Of a stretch of DNA of 64,000 nucleotides, positions 24,750 to 38,554 are shown one piece after another. The notes under the pieces were generated by a model. It saw only the letters and a program-made list of their open reading frames with translations. It searched no databases and was not told the DNA's origin. The stretch covers positions 12,958,001-13,022,000 of the forward strand of contig OY740812.1 of the NCBI GenBank assembly GCA_963514005.1. Reading direction: 5' to 3'. The position numbers and the translations under genes were made by a program. The stretch is from Raja brachyura (Eukaryota). Each line of letters starts with the position of its first letter. The first letter of the stretch is position 1.

Positions 24750-26388
24750 CAGTGCCCTCCATAATGTTTGGGACAAAGACCCATAATTTATTTATTTGCC
24801 TCTGCACTCCACAATTTGAGATTTGTAATAGAAAAAGTCACATGTGGTTAAAGTGCACATTGACAGATTTTAATAAAGGCCATTTTTATACATTTTGCTT
24901 TCACCATGTAGAAATGACAGCAGTGTTTATACATAGGTCTCCCATTTCAGGGCACCATAATGTTCTGGACACAGCAACGTCATGTAAATTAAAGTGGTCA
25001 TGTTTAGTATTTTGTTGCATGTCCTTTGCATGCAATGACTGCTTGAAGTCTGCGATTCATGGACATCACCAGTTGTTGGGTGTCTTCTCTGGTGATGCTC
25101 TGCCAGGCCTGTATTGCAGCCGTCTTTAGCTTATGCTTGTTTTGGGGGCTAGTCCCCTTCAGTTTTCTCTTCAACATATAAAAGGCATGCTCAATTGGGA
25201 TCAGATCAGGCGATTGACTTGGTCACTTGTGACAATTTTTTAGCTTTAAAAAACTCATTTATTGCTTTAGCAGTATGTTTGGGATCATTGTCTTGCTGTA
25301 GAATGAACCGAGTTTTGCTGTAGAATGAACCGAGGCCCAATGAGTTTTGAGGTATTTGTTTGAACTTGAGCAGATAGGATGTGTCTATACACTTCAGAAT
25401 TCATTATGCTACTACCATCAGCAGTTGTATCATCAATGAAGATAAGTGAGCCAGTACCTTCAGCAGCCATACATGCCCAGGCTATAACGCCCCCACCACC
25501 GTGTTTCACAGATGAGGTGGTATGCTTTAGATCTTGGGCAGTTCCTTCTCTTCTCCATACTTTGCTCTTGCCATCACTCTGTTAATCTTCGTCTTATCTG
25601 ACCGCAATACCTTTTTCCAGTACTGTGGTTGCTCTTTTAAGAACTTCTTGGCAAACTATAACATTTTTGCGGCTAACAGTGGTTTGCATCTTGCAGTGTA
25701 GCCTCTGTATTTCTGTTCATGAGTCTTCTGCGGACAGTGGTTATTGACAAATCCACACCCGACTCCTGAAGAGTGTTTCTGATCTGTTGGATAGGTGTTT
25801 GGTGGTTTTTCTTTATTATAGAGAAAATTCTTCTGTCATCAGCTGTGGAGGTCTTCCTTGGCCTGGCAGTCCCTTTGCGATTAGTAAGCTCACCAGTGCT
25901 CTCTTTCGTCTTAATGATGTTCCAAACAGTTGATTTTGGTAAGCCTAAGGTTTGGCTGATGTCTCTAACACTTTTATTCTTGTTTCTCAGTCTCATAAGG
26001 GCTTCTTTGACTTTCATTGGCACAACTTTGGTCCTCATGTTGAAAAACAGCAATAAAAGTTTCTAAAGGTGATAGAAAGACTAGGTGCTGAGAGTTCTCT
26101 TATACCTGCATTAAGCATGCATTTAAACACACCTGATCAATTACAAACACCTGTGAAGCCATGTGTCTCAAACATTATGGTGCCCTGAAATGGGGGGACT
26201 ATATATAAACACAGCTCTACAATTTCTACATGGTGAAACCAAAATGTATAAAAATACCCTTTAATAAAATCTGACAGTGTGCACTTTAACCACATGTGAT
26301 TTTTTTCTATTACAAATCTCACATTGTGGAATACAGAGGCAAATAAATAGATGATGGGTCTTTGTCCCAAACATTATGGAGAGCACTG
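24750..26388 (-). mobile_element. Full-length defective Tc1/mariner DNA transposon (IR/DR type)
   Basis: TA|CAGTGCCCTCCATAATGTTTGGGACA...TGTCCCAAACATTATGGAGAGCACTG|TA. TIRs of ~210 bp with inner direct repeats. Frameshifted transposase at ~26038-25004 with an HTH region (SVRDISQTLGLPKSTVWNIIK...RPRKT) and KHGGGGVIAWACM. Confidence 0.95.
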
Positions 26389-29340
26389 TATGTTTAGCTA
26401 TCTGATCTGTAATTTCCTACTTTCTATCTGGATTTAAATGCAACGGAACCGTTCCTGAATCTGATCAATCTTGGAAGATTAAAGACAAGGTCAGGTACCA
26501 CATTGCCTGGTGTCCTCAAATATTTGATGGATCCAGTATTTTGGGAAGAGGCGTGGTTTGCCAATTTTATCCACTAATATAGGTATGATTCATAAACCTT
26601 ACCTTGTGGTACTAATTTATAAACAACGGTGAATAAAAGATTTTGCAGTGCAAAATCATATGTGTCATGTTTTCTCAGCATGAGAAACCATATCTGATCC
26701 AGTTTCCCAACCCTTTTAATCCCACGTTGTCTTTTCCCACTCTCCATATCTTTTATCAGCCCTGCAAATCCACTGGCCCCTCCTACCTCTCCATCTCCCT
26801 TAATACTTGTCTTATCTTGAAATCTAATAATCCTGATGAGAGAATTTGCAGTGTTGGCATTCTTTGGACTATTCTATTCAGGGTGATTATGGATACTCAG
26901 CCGTGGAGCATTTTCAAGACTGGTCAAAAGATTTTGGGATAGATATCAAAGGATTTGGAATTACAGGTGGGGGGATGGGGAAAGAGGGGGGAGGAGAGTG
27001 AGAGAAAATAAATAAGAGACCAACTGTGATTTTAAGAAATTATTTGTGAGTATGGTGTTTGTTTCCACATTCAGGCCAGCTGATTTGTCATTCAGCATGT
27101 AGCAAAGTTAATCTTAGTGCCGTGTTGAATGCTGTGAGGAGAATCCAAATTAAGTCCGTGACTTTTTAAAGTGCTTGAATGGCACTCTTATTGAACCCAA
27201 AAGTTATCCAAACACAACCAGCTGCATCACCTAACAGTGCTTGTCTGTTCTACAGGTTTCAGTCATGTGTTAAGTTTGATAACTGAGACCTCAAAATTTT
27301 GTGTTATGCATTTAAGTGGTGTACTTTTAACTTGAAGTTATGAAAACTCCTTTAGCTGATATTATAGTGACAGAAAATGAGACCTGCTAGTATTGGAGCT
27401 GAGTCAAACGCTTTTGTTTTCCCTTGTTCTCTTGCGTAGGAAGAAAGATATGCTGTGGGCCCTGATCTAAGGGAATAAGTAGTTTAGTCGGTCTTCTACA
27501 GCAAAACTTGAGATCTTCTGGACTAATCTGCCTTCCAATTGTAGACTGGTGTTAACTGAGAATACAAGATAAAGCTGAACTTGCAAAGGAAGTGCGGATG
27601 TTCTCATTGACCCTCTTTCGTGTCTTATCAATCTATTTGTATCGCTCATCCTTGTTACTGAATCATTGCTTATAGCATTTTGTCACACATGCACATTCAT
27701 AATGGCATGCTGATTATATTGTACATTAGGTTTGTACATATTGTGTCCCACGGAGTTTTTGAATATGCCCTGTACTTTCATCGTCTTTTGTTTTTGGCAA
27801 TTGGAGGGGGGGGCATTCAGTTACTCTTGCTCCTTGTAATGTCCCATAGATATTGAAGATGACTTGCTTTCAATCTGGTTCTGTGGGTTCTGAGGTGGCT
27901 GATGAGGCCAGTGTGGAACCCAGAAAGAGCCACAGTGTGTCCTCTGCCATTTATGTTGTGCTTCTGTGTACTACCGTGGGCATATGGTTCTCAATGCCAA
28001 TCAGATACTACTTCTCCACTTTAAACAGTCATAGTCCAGCGATTCCAGAAGTCAGTACGACATTGCACTTGTTTAAGGGGGTGCTGATTTTGATGTCTCT
28101 ATTATCGAAAAAACTTTTCCTCAGATGATCAAATTCTGTGCTGACTTACTGAAGTTGAAGTAGAATTTCTTCATGTGTCTGCCTTCGCCAAGAAGGCAAG
28201 ATATGCGGGACAGTCATGCTTTACAGGGTCTTTCCATGGGCCTTTAGGTTGGAAGGCAGTAGAGGCAGAGTTTTTGAATGTTTTAAAGCAGAGGTAAAAG
28301 GATATTTGTTGAGCAAAGCAGTAACCAGGAATATGGAGTAGTTGTTGGAGCCTATCATCCATGATCTAATTAACTCAAGGAACAGGTTTGAGGGGTTCAA
28401 ATGGCTTACTCCTCATAATTCTCGTAAATTAACCAGCAAGAAGTAAAAAAAAAACAGAGTAAGGACACCTACAAGAATATACAGCTGAACAGCACGGAAA
28501 CCAGCCTTTCGGCCCATCACGTCCATGTCAGCTCTTTTGCAAATCTACATAATCCTGTTTAATTGTTTTAAACATGTGATTGTATCTCATTCCATCACCT
28601 TTTCTGGCAGTGTGTTCCAGATACGAACCACTATCTCAAATCACCTTTAAAGCTGCTTCCTCTGCCCTTAAACTGGTGTCCTCTTGTTTTTTGATACCTC
28701 TAGTGTGGGTAAGTGATCCTGACTATCTCTCCTTTTGATGTCTCTTATAATTTTAGACATTTCTATCGGGTCATTCTTCAGCCACCTTAACTCCAGGGAA
28801 ATCTAGCCCAGCCTTTCAGTTCTTAAACCTATATCCACCAATCCAGTCAACATACTGTCTCCAGCAGTGGCGAATCTCTCTGCACTTTCTCCAGTGCATG
28901 TATAAAATATACAAAGGAAGTGAATTTCACCATTAATTGTTGGTAAAGTAATTGGTAATAAGGAAATGACAGAGATATTAAGCGATAGTACCTGAACATT
29001 AGAGACAGTCTGTTAATGAGGGATGTCACAATGCCTTTCACTTATGGAACTGTGGAAACTTAGAATTTGCTTTCCTAAAGTGATGTTTGGACGAGAAAAT
29101 GTTGAAAATGTCAAATAATGTGGTTGGTGTGATTTTGTTGAGCAGGGGTGTTAAGGGTTACTGAACTAAGGCCTGTAAATAGATTTACATTATAGATCTG
29201 TCAAAGTCTAATTGAATGATAAAATAGATTTAAGGGTCTGAGTAACTTCCTTTTCCCGACAAAGATGAAGCAGATCAGAAGAGTCAGTGCTTTTATACAC
29301 ATTCTGTCTGTTCTAACCATCTATTTCAGGCTGAAGCACC

Positions 29341-29589
29341 ATGCAGCTCTACCTTCTGTTTCTCCTCCTCGTGCAGGGCTGTGGCCTTGTTGTTGGCAAG
29401 TTCGATGACTTTGATGACACGGATGACATTGTAGAGTACGACGACAATGACTTTGCAGAGTTTGAAGACGCAAACGAAGATGCCGCCGAGGAAGTCCTGC
29501 AGAAAGTCACTACTGTACAAGATGACGAGGAAGAGGCGACTGTGGAGCTGGAGGATCAGGAGGATTTTGAGGACCCAGACATAGTAGGA
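29341..29589 (+). CDS. CCDC47: CCDC47 (PAT complex subunit/calumin) coding exon 1: signal peptide and acidic luminal region
   Basis: Acceptor AG 29328-29, Kozak ACCATGC. Reads [43 protein letters not shown]. Donor GTAAGT at 29590. Confidence 0.95.
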
Positions 29590-30579
29590 GTAAGTGTGCT
29601 ACCACACAGCAACCAATTAATAGCTATGTCTCCAGCAGTGGAGACTTCCTTTATTGGAGGAGGGTTGTGAGCAGTACTGTAGAATGCAGACCAGCATCTG
29701 GACTTTCTGCCTATAAAGACACCCACTGTATTTTTATCCACATAACAAGCACCTTGATCCAATCCCAACTATCCCTGTATCTTTAATGTTCTAGCAGTTA
29801 TCTGTTTCCTTTTTGTGAACACTTTCAACTATGGCTTGTGACAGAGAATTATACATGCTCACCAAAATTCCAGCTAACCTTTTATTTTTGATTATTTTAA
29901 ACAAATATCCCATTGCAGATACTTAAACGGATCTGTCACGTTTCACCTTGTAATTGTGAACCTCTTCAGCATCCACTCTATTTTAAATGAATCCACCCTC
30001 CACCTAAGATAGTCCAAGTAACATGACCATTTCCTTACTGCTGCTCAGCTCAATACAAAAGGAGGTCTGAGTGGACTTTCTATTTTAGGTTCCAATTCTA
30101 GGGTGTTACTTCACTGTCACACAAATTCCATTCCTTCCAGTCTCTCTGGGGTATTTAATTGCCTGGCCAGGCTGTAGTCATTTTTCGTTAATTGCCTGAT
30201 CTCTATTTTAATATTTAAACTTAATATTTAAACTCCGATTGTTTTTTACCTCCTCCTCCTCCCGCACCCCGTCCACCCTCATAGCGGCCGCTGCGTGCCA
30301 CTCCACCAGCGGCAATAACCGCTTTCAAAATACACCCTCCCGCACACCAAGGCCGGGAGGAGGGAGGGAGGGAAGAAGGGGGAGGCCCACTTCCGAGGCC
30401 TGAAGCACCTGCGCCGCTCGGCCCCGCACCTTGGCTGGCGTAGGAGGGGAGGCGATGGCGAGGAGATCCCAACTGCCTACCCCTTGGCCGTTGACAGGGA
30501 CGGCCAAGGCAGGGGGGCGATGATGCCAAATGCCACCTCGCATTGATTCTCCTGCCATCCCCCATCCATCCAACACTGG

Positions 30580-30910
30580 TCCCCCAATTCATCCTGTACT
30601 GACCCCCCTTCCCATCCATCCTGCACTTTCCCCCTCCCCCCCCCCCATTCATCTGGTACTGCTCTCCCCCCTCATCCATCCTGTACTGATCCCCCCCCCC
30701 CCATTCATCCCGTACTGACCCCCCCCCCCCCCCTCATTTATCCTGCACCGAACCTGCCCCCCCTTCCCCCCAATCCATCCTGTGGTGATCTCTCCATTCA
30801 TCTTTTACTGATCCCACCACTCATCATGTACTGAGCCGCCCATTCATCCAGCACTGACCCCCCCCCCCCCCCATCCATCCTGTACTGATTCCCCCCCCCC
30901 CCCCATCCAT
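30580..30910. repeat. Degenerate C-rich minisatellite, unit ~CCCCATYCATCCTGTACTGA
   Basis: About ten imperfect copies visible. Confidence 0.8.
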
Positions 30911-31237
30911 AATATGGAGTATCAGTACTGTAGTTATTTAATGAGCAATTTTCACAACTGTGGATTTATCCAGGTTTTACTTCTACAGTCGGTCATATAC
31001 ATCACGAATTTGGTCAGGAGATATTTCAGTTGAAATTTTAACGTTAATTCTGAAGTGGGAATGATGGAAACAGCGTTTATAAATTTTTTTAAAAATATGG
31101 TGCGTACAAACTGGGTATCTTCATTGCTATTCACAACACATACATCTAATCTGAATGTCCGGTAATGTGGCGTTTTGACACCTTTAAACATATTGCCAAA
31201 AGAACATTTGCTGCAGTTGTGTCCTTTGGCCATCTCT

Positions 31238-32270
31238 TAGGTATGTTGCAAAACTTACCTTTAGCGGCGCTGCACTTCTGCCGCTCCCCGTGTGCGCGAC
31301 TTTAGCGCCTTTCAGAGGGGGGCGGGCTTAAAGTGCCGGTTTTCCACAGACCTGGATAATCGATGAATGTCGGGCGATTTTGTTGCGGAAGAAAAATCGC
31401 TCGGACATTTCATCAATGAAGGTATTTTTAAATTACTCTAAATTATTTGTTAACTAGAGTAATTTAAAAATCACCTTCAAAAGCCGTGAGAACTGACATG
31501 CGGAAGGATTTTCCGTAGGCGAGAAAAAAAGGTAAATAGTTTATTTTTATATTAAAAGTTGATTTTTCGGGAGGCTTTAATAATATTTTTATGTTGCGAA
31601 ATGGGGTCCCAAAAAATGTATGAACCCCCAGTATTTTTCCCCCCGACTTCACCGCTAACCGCAACGTTCCAATCCACCGCATTCCACTAAAACCCACTCG
31701 CTAGTTGATTTAAATGGCCATTAATTTACAGGCATAAAACACTAAATTCCTTCCATTTGGCCCAGAAATTCATGAAAATGAGATTTTAAAATTATGTTAT
31801 ATTGTGGATTATTGTGTGAATGTTATTTGGACACTTAGGCAATTTAAAAAAAGTTTATCTTTTCTTAAGAAATTGATAGATGTTTAGATCTACTCATTGA
31901 ATTTTGTAATTAGCTACAATTAGATAACTAACTAATTATATGCTTTAATTTCAGGTAATCCAAGTAAGATTGTTTAATATTTGTTTCAGAATGCTTCAAT
32001 CTATAATAACTGAAAATTTCATTGAGTTCTCTTAATTTTTAAGAATGTTATGGGCTTTTAACTTTTCCAGATCACAGCTTTTGAGTTAAGTCAATTGAAA
32101 GGCAATGAGAAGCAAGATGCTCATTTCGAGTATGAAAATGGCCATAACTTTCTTAATACTGAAGATATGAAAGTAACTTAGGTGTCAAATTAAACTTCTT
32201 TTTATGCTTTATCTGATGGGATAAATTGCAGACTTGATTTTTAAAATCTCAAAATTTTGTAACAATGCTA
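31238..32270. mobile_element. Non-autonomous hAT-like DNA transposon
   Basis: Imperfect TIRs TAGGTATGTTGCAAAA / TTTTGTAACAATGCTA. Flanking direct repeat CATCTCT(T) at 31231 and 32271. No ORF. Confidence 0.7.
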
Positions 32271-32991
32271 CATCTCTTGTCAGTTAGTGTAATGTTTAAC
32301 CTGTCAGATGGGTATAGTCTGTCTTAACAGCTATTATCATAAAATGCCTTTAGAAATGTCCTTGCAACCTGCATATTTTGTTGTGGATAAATTATGTGGG
32401 AAGCGAGAGTATTTATGTACCAATAGCAATAACGACCCATGCTATGGCCATGTCATGGTAATTTTCGGTCCTTCACAGATAAAAAAACATGCTTGCATCA
32501 ATCTGTAGTGTGCATGGTTAAGCATATATGTTACAATGGTCCAGGATTTATTGACACGGGTTGATCACACGCTGAATAATCCAACATTTTTGTTTGTAAG
32601 TGGGAAGAAATAATAGAAATTGCATTCATTGCAACGTGTAAAAAGAGTTGAGATACTGTATTATAATTTTGCTGCATGTCATTGTGGTATATATCATGTC
32701 TTGATTGGTGAATATGTTTAGTTTGTGACTATTTGAAGCTTCATTGAGCATAATTCCGACTGTTAACCACGCACTTCGTCCGTGCACATTATCGCATGGG
32801 TCATGCAAGCCGTCTTAAATGACTACCTAAACTGTCATTTGGCAACCTAAAAAGCTGCCAAGGTTTCCCGGCTGGGAAAAAAGTTAAGTGAGACCCTGTC
32901 TTGACCTTTCTACGTCATTATTGCACGATTCCATACACCTGTGTGTGTTTTCCCATTCAAGCTAATCATAAATTATTCATTCATTACAATA

Positions 32992-33290
32992 GTTTAGTTT
33001 AGAGATGCTGCGCGGAAACTGACCCTTCGACCCACCGACTCCGCACCGACCTACGATCCCCACACTACCCTACATACACTAGGGACAATTTGACATTAAC
33101 ACCAAGCCAATTGAACTACAAACCTTACGTCATTGGAGTATGGGAGGAAACAGAAGATCTTGGAGATAAACCCCACAGGTCACAGGAAGGTCGTTCAAAC
33201 TCCATACAGACAAGCACCCGTAGTCAGGACCAAACCCAGGTCTTTTGCGTTGTAAGGCAGTAGATCTACCACTATGCCACCGTGCTGCCC
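32992..33290 (-). mobile_element. tRNA-derived SINE (HE1/V-SINE-like)
   Basis: The minus strand starts GGGCAGCACGGTGGCATAGTGG (A box), with a B-box-like GGTTTGGTCC, a V-domain-like core and a (CTAAA)n tail. Confidence 0.8.
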
Positions 33291-35135
33291 CAACACCCCA
33301 GCCCTAGCATTTCACGCAGGAATCTTTTATCAAATCTGAGGAAAGGAATTTGAGTCCCCCTGAAACATGTTCCTCCATTCAGTTGGACCATAGCTGATCT
33401 GAACATGATTTTTTTAAATTCCACCTTTGCTTCAACGGGGGGAAAAACTGCTTATTTCAGTTGTTAAATTATCAGGAGCGACAGCCCTTTGAAGATGAAA
33501 TCACGGAAGATCCTGCAAGTGTCTGAAGCACATCTGATTGGTGGTGTAACTTATTGGTCAGTATTGTGTTCAGAAAGCTGTGCCTAGTGTCTACCCTGTC
33601 AGATTGCTGCTGCTTCTTGCGTATGGCGTGCACAGCCTAAAGTTGTAGGTCAACTAGTTCTATTTGATCTATTTGTTTGTGCACGTCGGGTTGATTGCAA
33701 TTGTTGATAAAAGGTTGGACCACGCAAAGGTTTCAATCTCCCACTCCTGTCAGATGGCTGAAATTAGGGTACTGAATGAAACAATAGAGGAAACCTTGAC
33801 TTGCTAACTTTGCATCTGAAGCTGGAACCGTGCAACGGCAGCCTTGTTTTGTCCATCTTGTGAACTGTTGGGAGGGAGGGGAAATAAATAATTTGCTAAT
33901 GGCACATGCAATCAGCTTGTGATCTAATGTCACCTCTACATCGGGAAATGGCCTGCAGTGGCTTTGGATTGTTTGATGCGGAACTAGATCAAGAAAAATG
34001 CCATGTTTAATTTCTGATCTTGTCAGAAGCAGTGACAGAAATAGTTGTCCTATTCGTACCTACATTTTGAAGTAGGGAAAATAATAATTCCCATTACACT
34101 TCACTATCCCCTGAATATAATGCATGTCTAATCTCTGAAAAGGTGAAAACTGACAGGCGGTCTGCCTGAGATGTATAAAACGCTGAAAGGGTTTATTAAT
34201 AGGATGGATTGCAGAGATGTTTATACTTGAGAAAAAATTCTAAACCATAGTACAAAATGTACTCTAAATGTAAACAAAAAAATCGACAAAGGAGATCATC
34301 AGGAACTTTTGCCACAGAGAATGATGAGGATATAAATTCAGTGTCACTCAAGTGGTTGAACAAATGGCACAGATGCATTTAAGAATAAACTAGATTGCTA
34401 TGATGGCAAAGGTTAGGAGAATATATTGATATTCAAAGTACATACAGTCAGTTTGAAGGTGCCGTAGTAGCGGATGAATTTCGCAGATACCCAGTAAATC
34501 AATGGTCATTTTCATTATACCTTCTTTGCAAACTTGCAGGCTTTTATTAAATAGCATGTGCAAGCTTTGTGTAGAGTTCAAAACAGTTGTGATTAAACAG
34601 CCTCTTTGTTTCACATAAGTTATTAGATCTATGAGGAGACATTGTATTATGCCAAATGTTGAATCACAGTCTAAGAAATTTACATAGCACCTTTCACGAC
34701 AGACGTCCAGATGTGTTGCAGTCAGTTGTCTTTTTGATGTGCGGAAATTGCGGTATCCAATTTGTGTGAAACAAGTTGCTTGCTGAGGGATAAATATTGA
34801 CTCTCGATCACCTGCCTGTGTGCTTTGAATTTGTGCCATCCAATCTTTTGCATCTTCTTGAGAGAACAGGAGGGGTCTTGATGCTCCAAAGGTCAGTATC
34901 CCTCAGTACTGTACTGACAGTCAGTTTGGATTATGTGTTGAATTGTCTATGGGACTTTAAATCACTGCCTGCCTCTGGAGAGAACTACCAATAAACTAAG
35001 GTGCAGCTAGATAATTCGATCCGTTATTAAAATTGAGGTTAATAAAATGTCACTTTAAATCGGTTCCGCTATTTGTTGGGTTTGATTTGTTGTAATTTGT
35101 GTGATACATATTTTGCTCTTGTGTTTACGCGACAG

Positions 35136-35240
35136 GAAGGAGATGCAGAAGGAGAGCCGTTCGATGATGAAGAATTTGAAGGTTATGAGGAAGCAGACAG
35201 ACCTTCCAGCAGAAGCAAAGATCCAATTAAAATCGTTAAT
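35136..35240 (+). CDS. CCDC47: CCDC47 coding exon 2
   Basis: AG/GT bounded. [19 protein letters not shown]...KDPIKIVN, phase 0/0. Confidence 0.95.
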
Positions 35241-35574
35241 GTAAGCACGCAGTATTAATTACACTACATTTTATCGTCTACTGCTTACAACATTTGGGCA
35301 TTGCTCCAGGGTAGCTCAAGAGACAAAACTGCAATTCAGTCCGGAATCGAATTTCAGGAGCTGAGGTGCTCAAGCTAGATTCCCAAGATGTCAGCTCATG
35401 TGTACTAGGACAGCATGCATGATGTTAGAGTTGGGTTGGGGGAAGAATAGCCAGGAATTCTCCTACTGACCCCACCATGCACCTTTCCCTTTTTCTTCAC
35501 TTCTATAGGGTGCTGAGAGACTGTGGCAGAATGTGTAGTCCGGTGCTGGTGGTAGCAGCAGGATATATGCAGTT

Positions 35575-35870
35575 AGGCTTTAGACGTCAGAGATGCAGCA
35601 TTGAAAAAAGACCCTTCAACCCACGATGTCCGTGCCAACCAGCGATTACCCTGTACACTAGCACTATCCTACACACTAGGGACAATTTACAGAAGCCAAA
35701 TAACCTACAAACTTGGATTTTGTAGGAGTGTGGGAGGAAACGGGAGCACCCAGAGAAAACCCACGCATTCACAGAGAACATATAAATCATGTACAGACAT
35801 TACCCGTAGTCAGGATTGAACCCAGGTCTCTGCCGTCGTAAGGCAGCAACTCTACGGCTATGCCGATGTG
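35575..35870 (-). mobile_element. HE1/V-SINE-like SINE
   Basis: Homologous to 32992-33290. Confidence 0.75.
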
Positions 35871-36418
35871 CTATCCACACTGGGCTCGCAGAGGAATTTA
35901 GTGCTATGGGGCATCTTGGTCTGCACGGATCAGTTGGGCTGAAGGGCCTATTTCCATGCTGTATGATTCTAAACAGCATTGTCCAAGAACAGCAGGCCAA
36001 GACCTACACTCCTAATGCACAAACTGCAGAAATGACAAAACTGAGCCCAAGAGCTAGGCTTCCATGGTGAGGGGAGATGTGGGGACAGGGTTCCTTGGAA
36101 TATGGTATTGGAGAAGGCCGTCTTTAAAAATTAAAGGTTAGGCTGTTCAGAAAGTAGCAATCTGTTCATGCAAGCTTAGTTTAGAATAAACCTAAAGAGT
36201 GGAGAAGGAACCCTGTCTCAAGTTCTTAGCCAAGGAAAGTTTGGAATTTCATGGATTCTTTCAATGCACGCTTGTGTTGTAGTGTACAGAGAATGTAGTT
36301 AATGGAAGTGATGCAAATCAAGTTAGGAACATGCTGCCATAAGGATACTGTAATTACAATGCTGGATTCATTTAATTTTGTTGAATTAAATCATGTTTAT
36401 AACTGCTTGAATTTCCAG

Positions 36419-36593
36419 GTTCCTCATCATCTACAGAACAGCTGGGAGAGCTACTACATGGAGATTCTGATGGTGACAGGCCTTTTGGCTTACATCATGA
36501 ACTACATCATAGGCAAAAATAAAAACAATAGGCTAGCTGCTGCTTGGTTCAACTCTCACAAGGAACTGCTGGAGGGTAACTTTTCCCTAGTTG
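36419..36593 (+). CDS. CCDC47: CCDC47 coding exon 3 (TM segment)
   Basis: [36 protein letters not shown]...FSLV. Donor GTGAGT. Confidence 0.96.
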
Positions 36594-36971
36594 GTGAGTC
36601 CCCGATTCATTGATTATTTTGGGGTGTGGTTTATTCCAAAGACGGTGTCTGGGATCTGTAACCAAGGGTGTTCTCTACCTGCATCTATGATAGTTACAGA
36701 GGTGTTATTCTTAGTCTATTACAGCAATTGTGTATGAAACTGGAAGCCATATTGATCCGCTGAAGAAAGATCTCGATCCACATGTTCTCCAGAGATGCTG
36801 CCTGACCTGCTGAGTTACTCCAGCATTTTGTGTCCCTTTGACTACTAAACTATCTTTACTTTTCAGTGTTAGGAACTGTGCTGGAATTTATTTTGAGTTG
36901 CACTGTATAATAGTTTATTTTCAGTTTTGCACTGTAAGATGCAGCAGCTGATGTAAGTTCTTTTTTTGCAG

Positions 36972-37093
36972 GGGATGATGGGGTTAATAAGGAACCCACC
37001 AGCACAGGGAAGCTGAACCAGGAAAATGAGCACATCTACAATCTGTGGTGCTCGGGGAGGGTATGTTGTGAGGGAATGCTAATTCAGCTGAAG
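36972..37093 (+). CDS. CCDC47: CCDC47 coding exon 4
   Basis: [41 protein letters not shown], phase consistent. Confidence 0.96.
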
Positions 37094-38488
37094 GTGAGGA
37101 CACAACTTAAATTTAGCCTCAATAGGGGAGAGTTAGACAATCTGTGAATAAACCATTGCATATTTTGGATGTTTTAAATGTATATTCTTTCATAATTTTC
37201 AAATGAAGAGATATTTGTTATATGTTCTTCCCAGCTTTAAATTTGTGTCATGGACAAATGGGTAAGCGGTGAAGAAAGCTGGTGGAGAGTCGTGCCCTGT
37301 CCAATGTGTCACCAAATACCCCCTGGCACACTTGGCAAAGGTTAAATGGAGTAATCGCCTTGTATTCTTCCATTAACATTCGTAAGACAACTACAGCATG
37401 GGAGAAACTAATTATGCACCACATTAACGCACGCCTCTGACACCATACCCCATTATTTCAAATAAATCATAGTTGTAACTTTCTGGTAGTTGGATTAGAT
37501 ATTCATGCATTGGAGTTCAATAAGAAGTTGGAGTCTGGCAACGGCAGTAATGCCTACACTGTCCTGTTGAGTTGGGACAACCAAAACAAATTATTTGTGA
37601 TTGCCTACTTTTAATTTACTGGGCCTCATGGATAAATCTAAGTAGCTGCGTACCAGTATATGGCCTTAAAGTGCAGGAAATCATGAGCGAAGCATGTAAA
37701 AAAAAAATGGTAAGAATGCTATTTCAGTGCAAGTGTTTGAAAAAGACATGAGGCAGTTCGTTGGTATTCTGTTAAACCTGTGGCATGTTTTGAAGTTGCT
37801 AGAACAGAACTGAGCCAGTTTAATATCTTATTCCTAAGAATGCTGCCACTCTAAAGGCAGTAATGTCTCACTGCTGACCTAAGATGATATCCCTGACATG
37901 GGAGGAGGGTTTTCATTTTATCCCTTGGGGCTGAATTCAGACAGCTGTTAAAAGAGGTCAGCTTTAGTGAAAGGATGGAATGCTAATCAGTCCACTGCTT
38001 GGCAGCATGTAGCTCTGCCAGACTACAATCAGAGTAGGATTGAGAGATGTGAACTGCCAATTCTGTATGAAATATCAATTTGTAATGGAGCAAAGAACTG
38101 CAAATGCTGCAGTCTGTAATAAGAACAGGGTACATTGGAGCCAGTATTTTGTCAGCATTTGAAAAAATAAACCCTTAGGTTTCAGGTAAAATCACAAGTG
38201 TTCCATTTTAATCAAATAATGTCTGAAGCCAGTGGTGCCTAAATTGATAAAGTGAAAATGTGTGCTGCAAAAAGTTGAATAAATTGGGAAGCAGATTACA
38301 CAGACCACTACCTAAGGATTCCAGTTGTAAGGATATTTGTGATTTTTGCCTTGAAAGCAATTGCATCTCATTGTTAAAGGTTAATCCCCATTTTCAAATT
38401 GTGCAAGGAACTTTGAATGTGGGGAAGATGCGTTTTTTTCCCAAATGAAAATACCTTTATCCTTTTGCCATTTGGATTTTGTTTTTAG

Positions 38489-38554
38489 TTCTTGAAACGG
38501 CAGGATCTCCTGAATGTACTTGCAAGAATGATGAGACCTGCCAGTGACCAAGTG
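38489..38554 (+). CDS. CCDC47: CCDC47 coding exon 5
   Basis: [26 protein letters not shown] bounded. Confidence 0.95.

Noticed and set aside
30580-30910. Repeat array resembling repeat-spacer structure
   Set aside because: The spacers are poly-C tracts in a eukaryotic context with no cas genes, so it is a minisatellite.
33200-33290. A/B-box sequence as a tRNA gene
   Set aside because: It is the tRNA-derived head of a SINE, continuous with the SINE body and tail.
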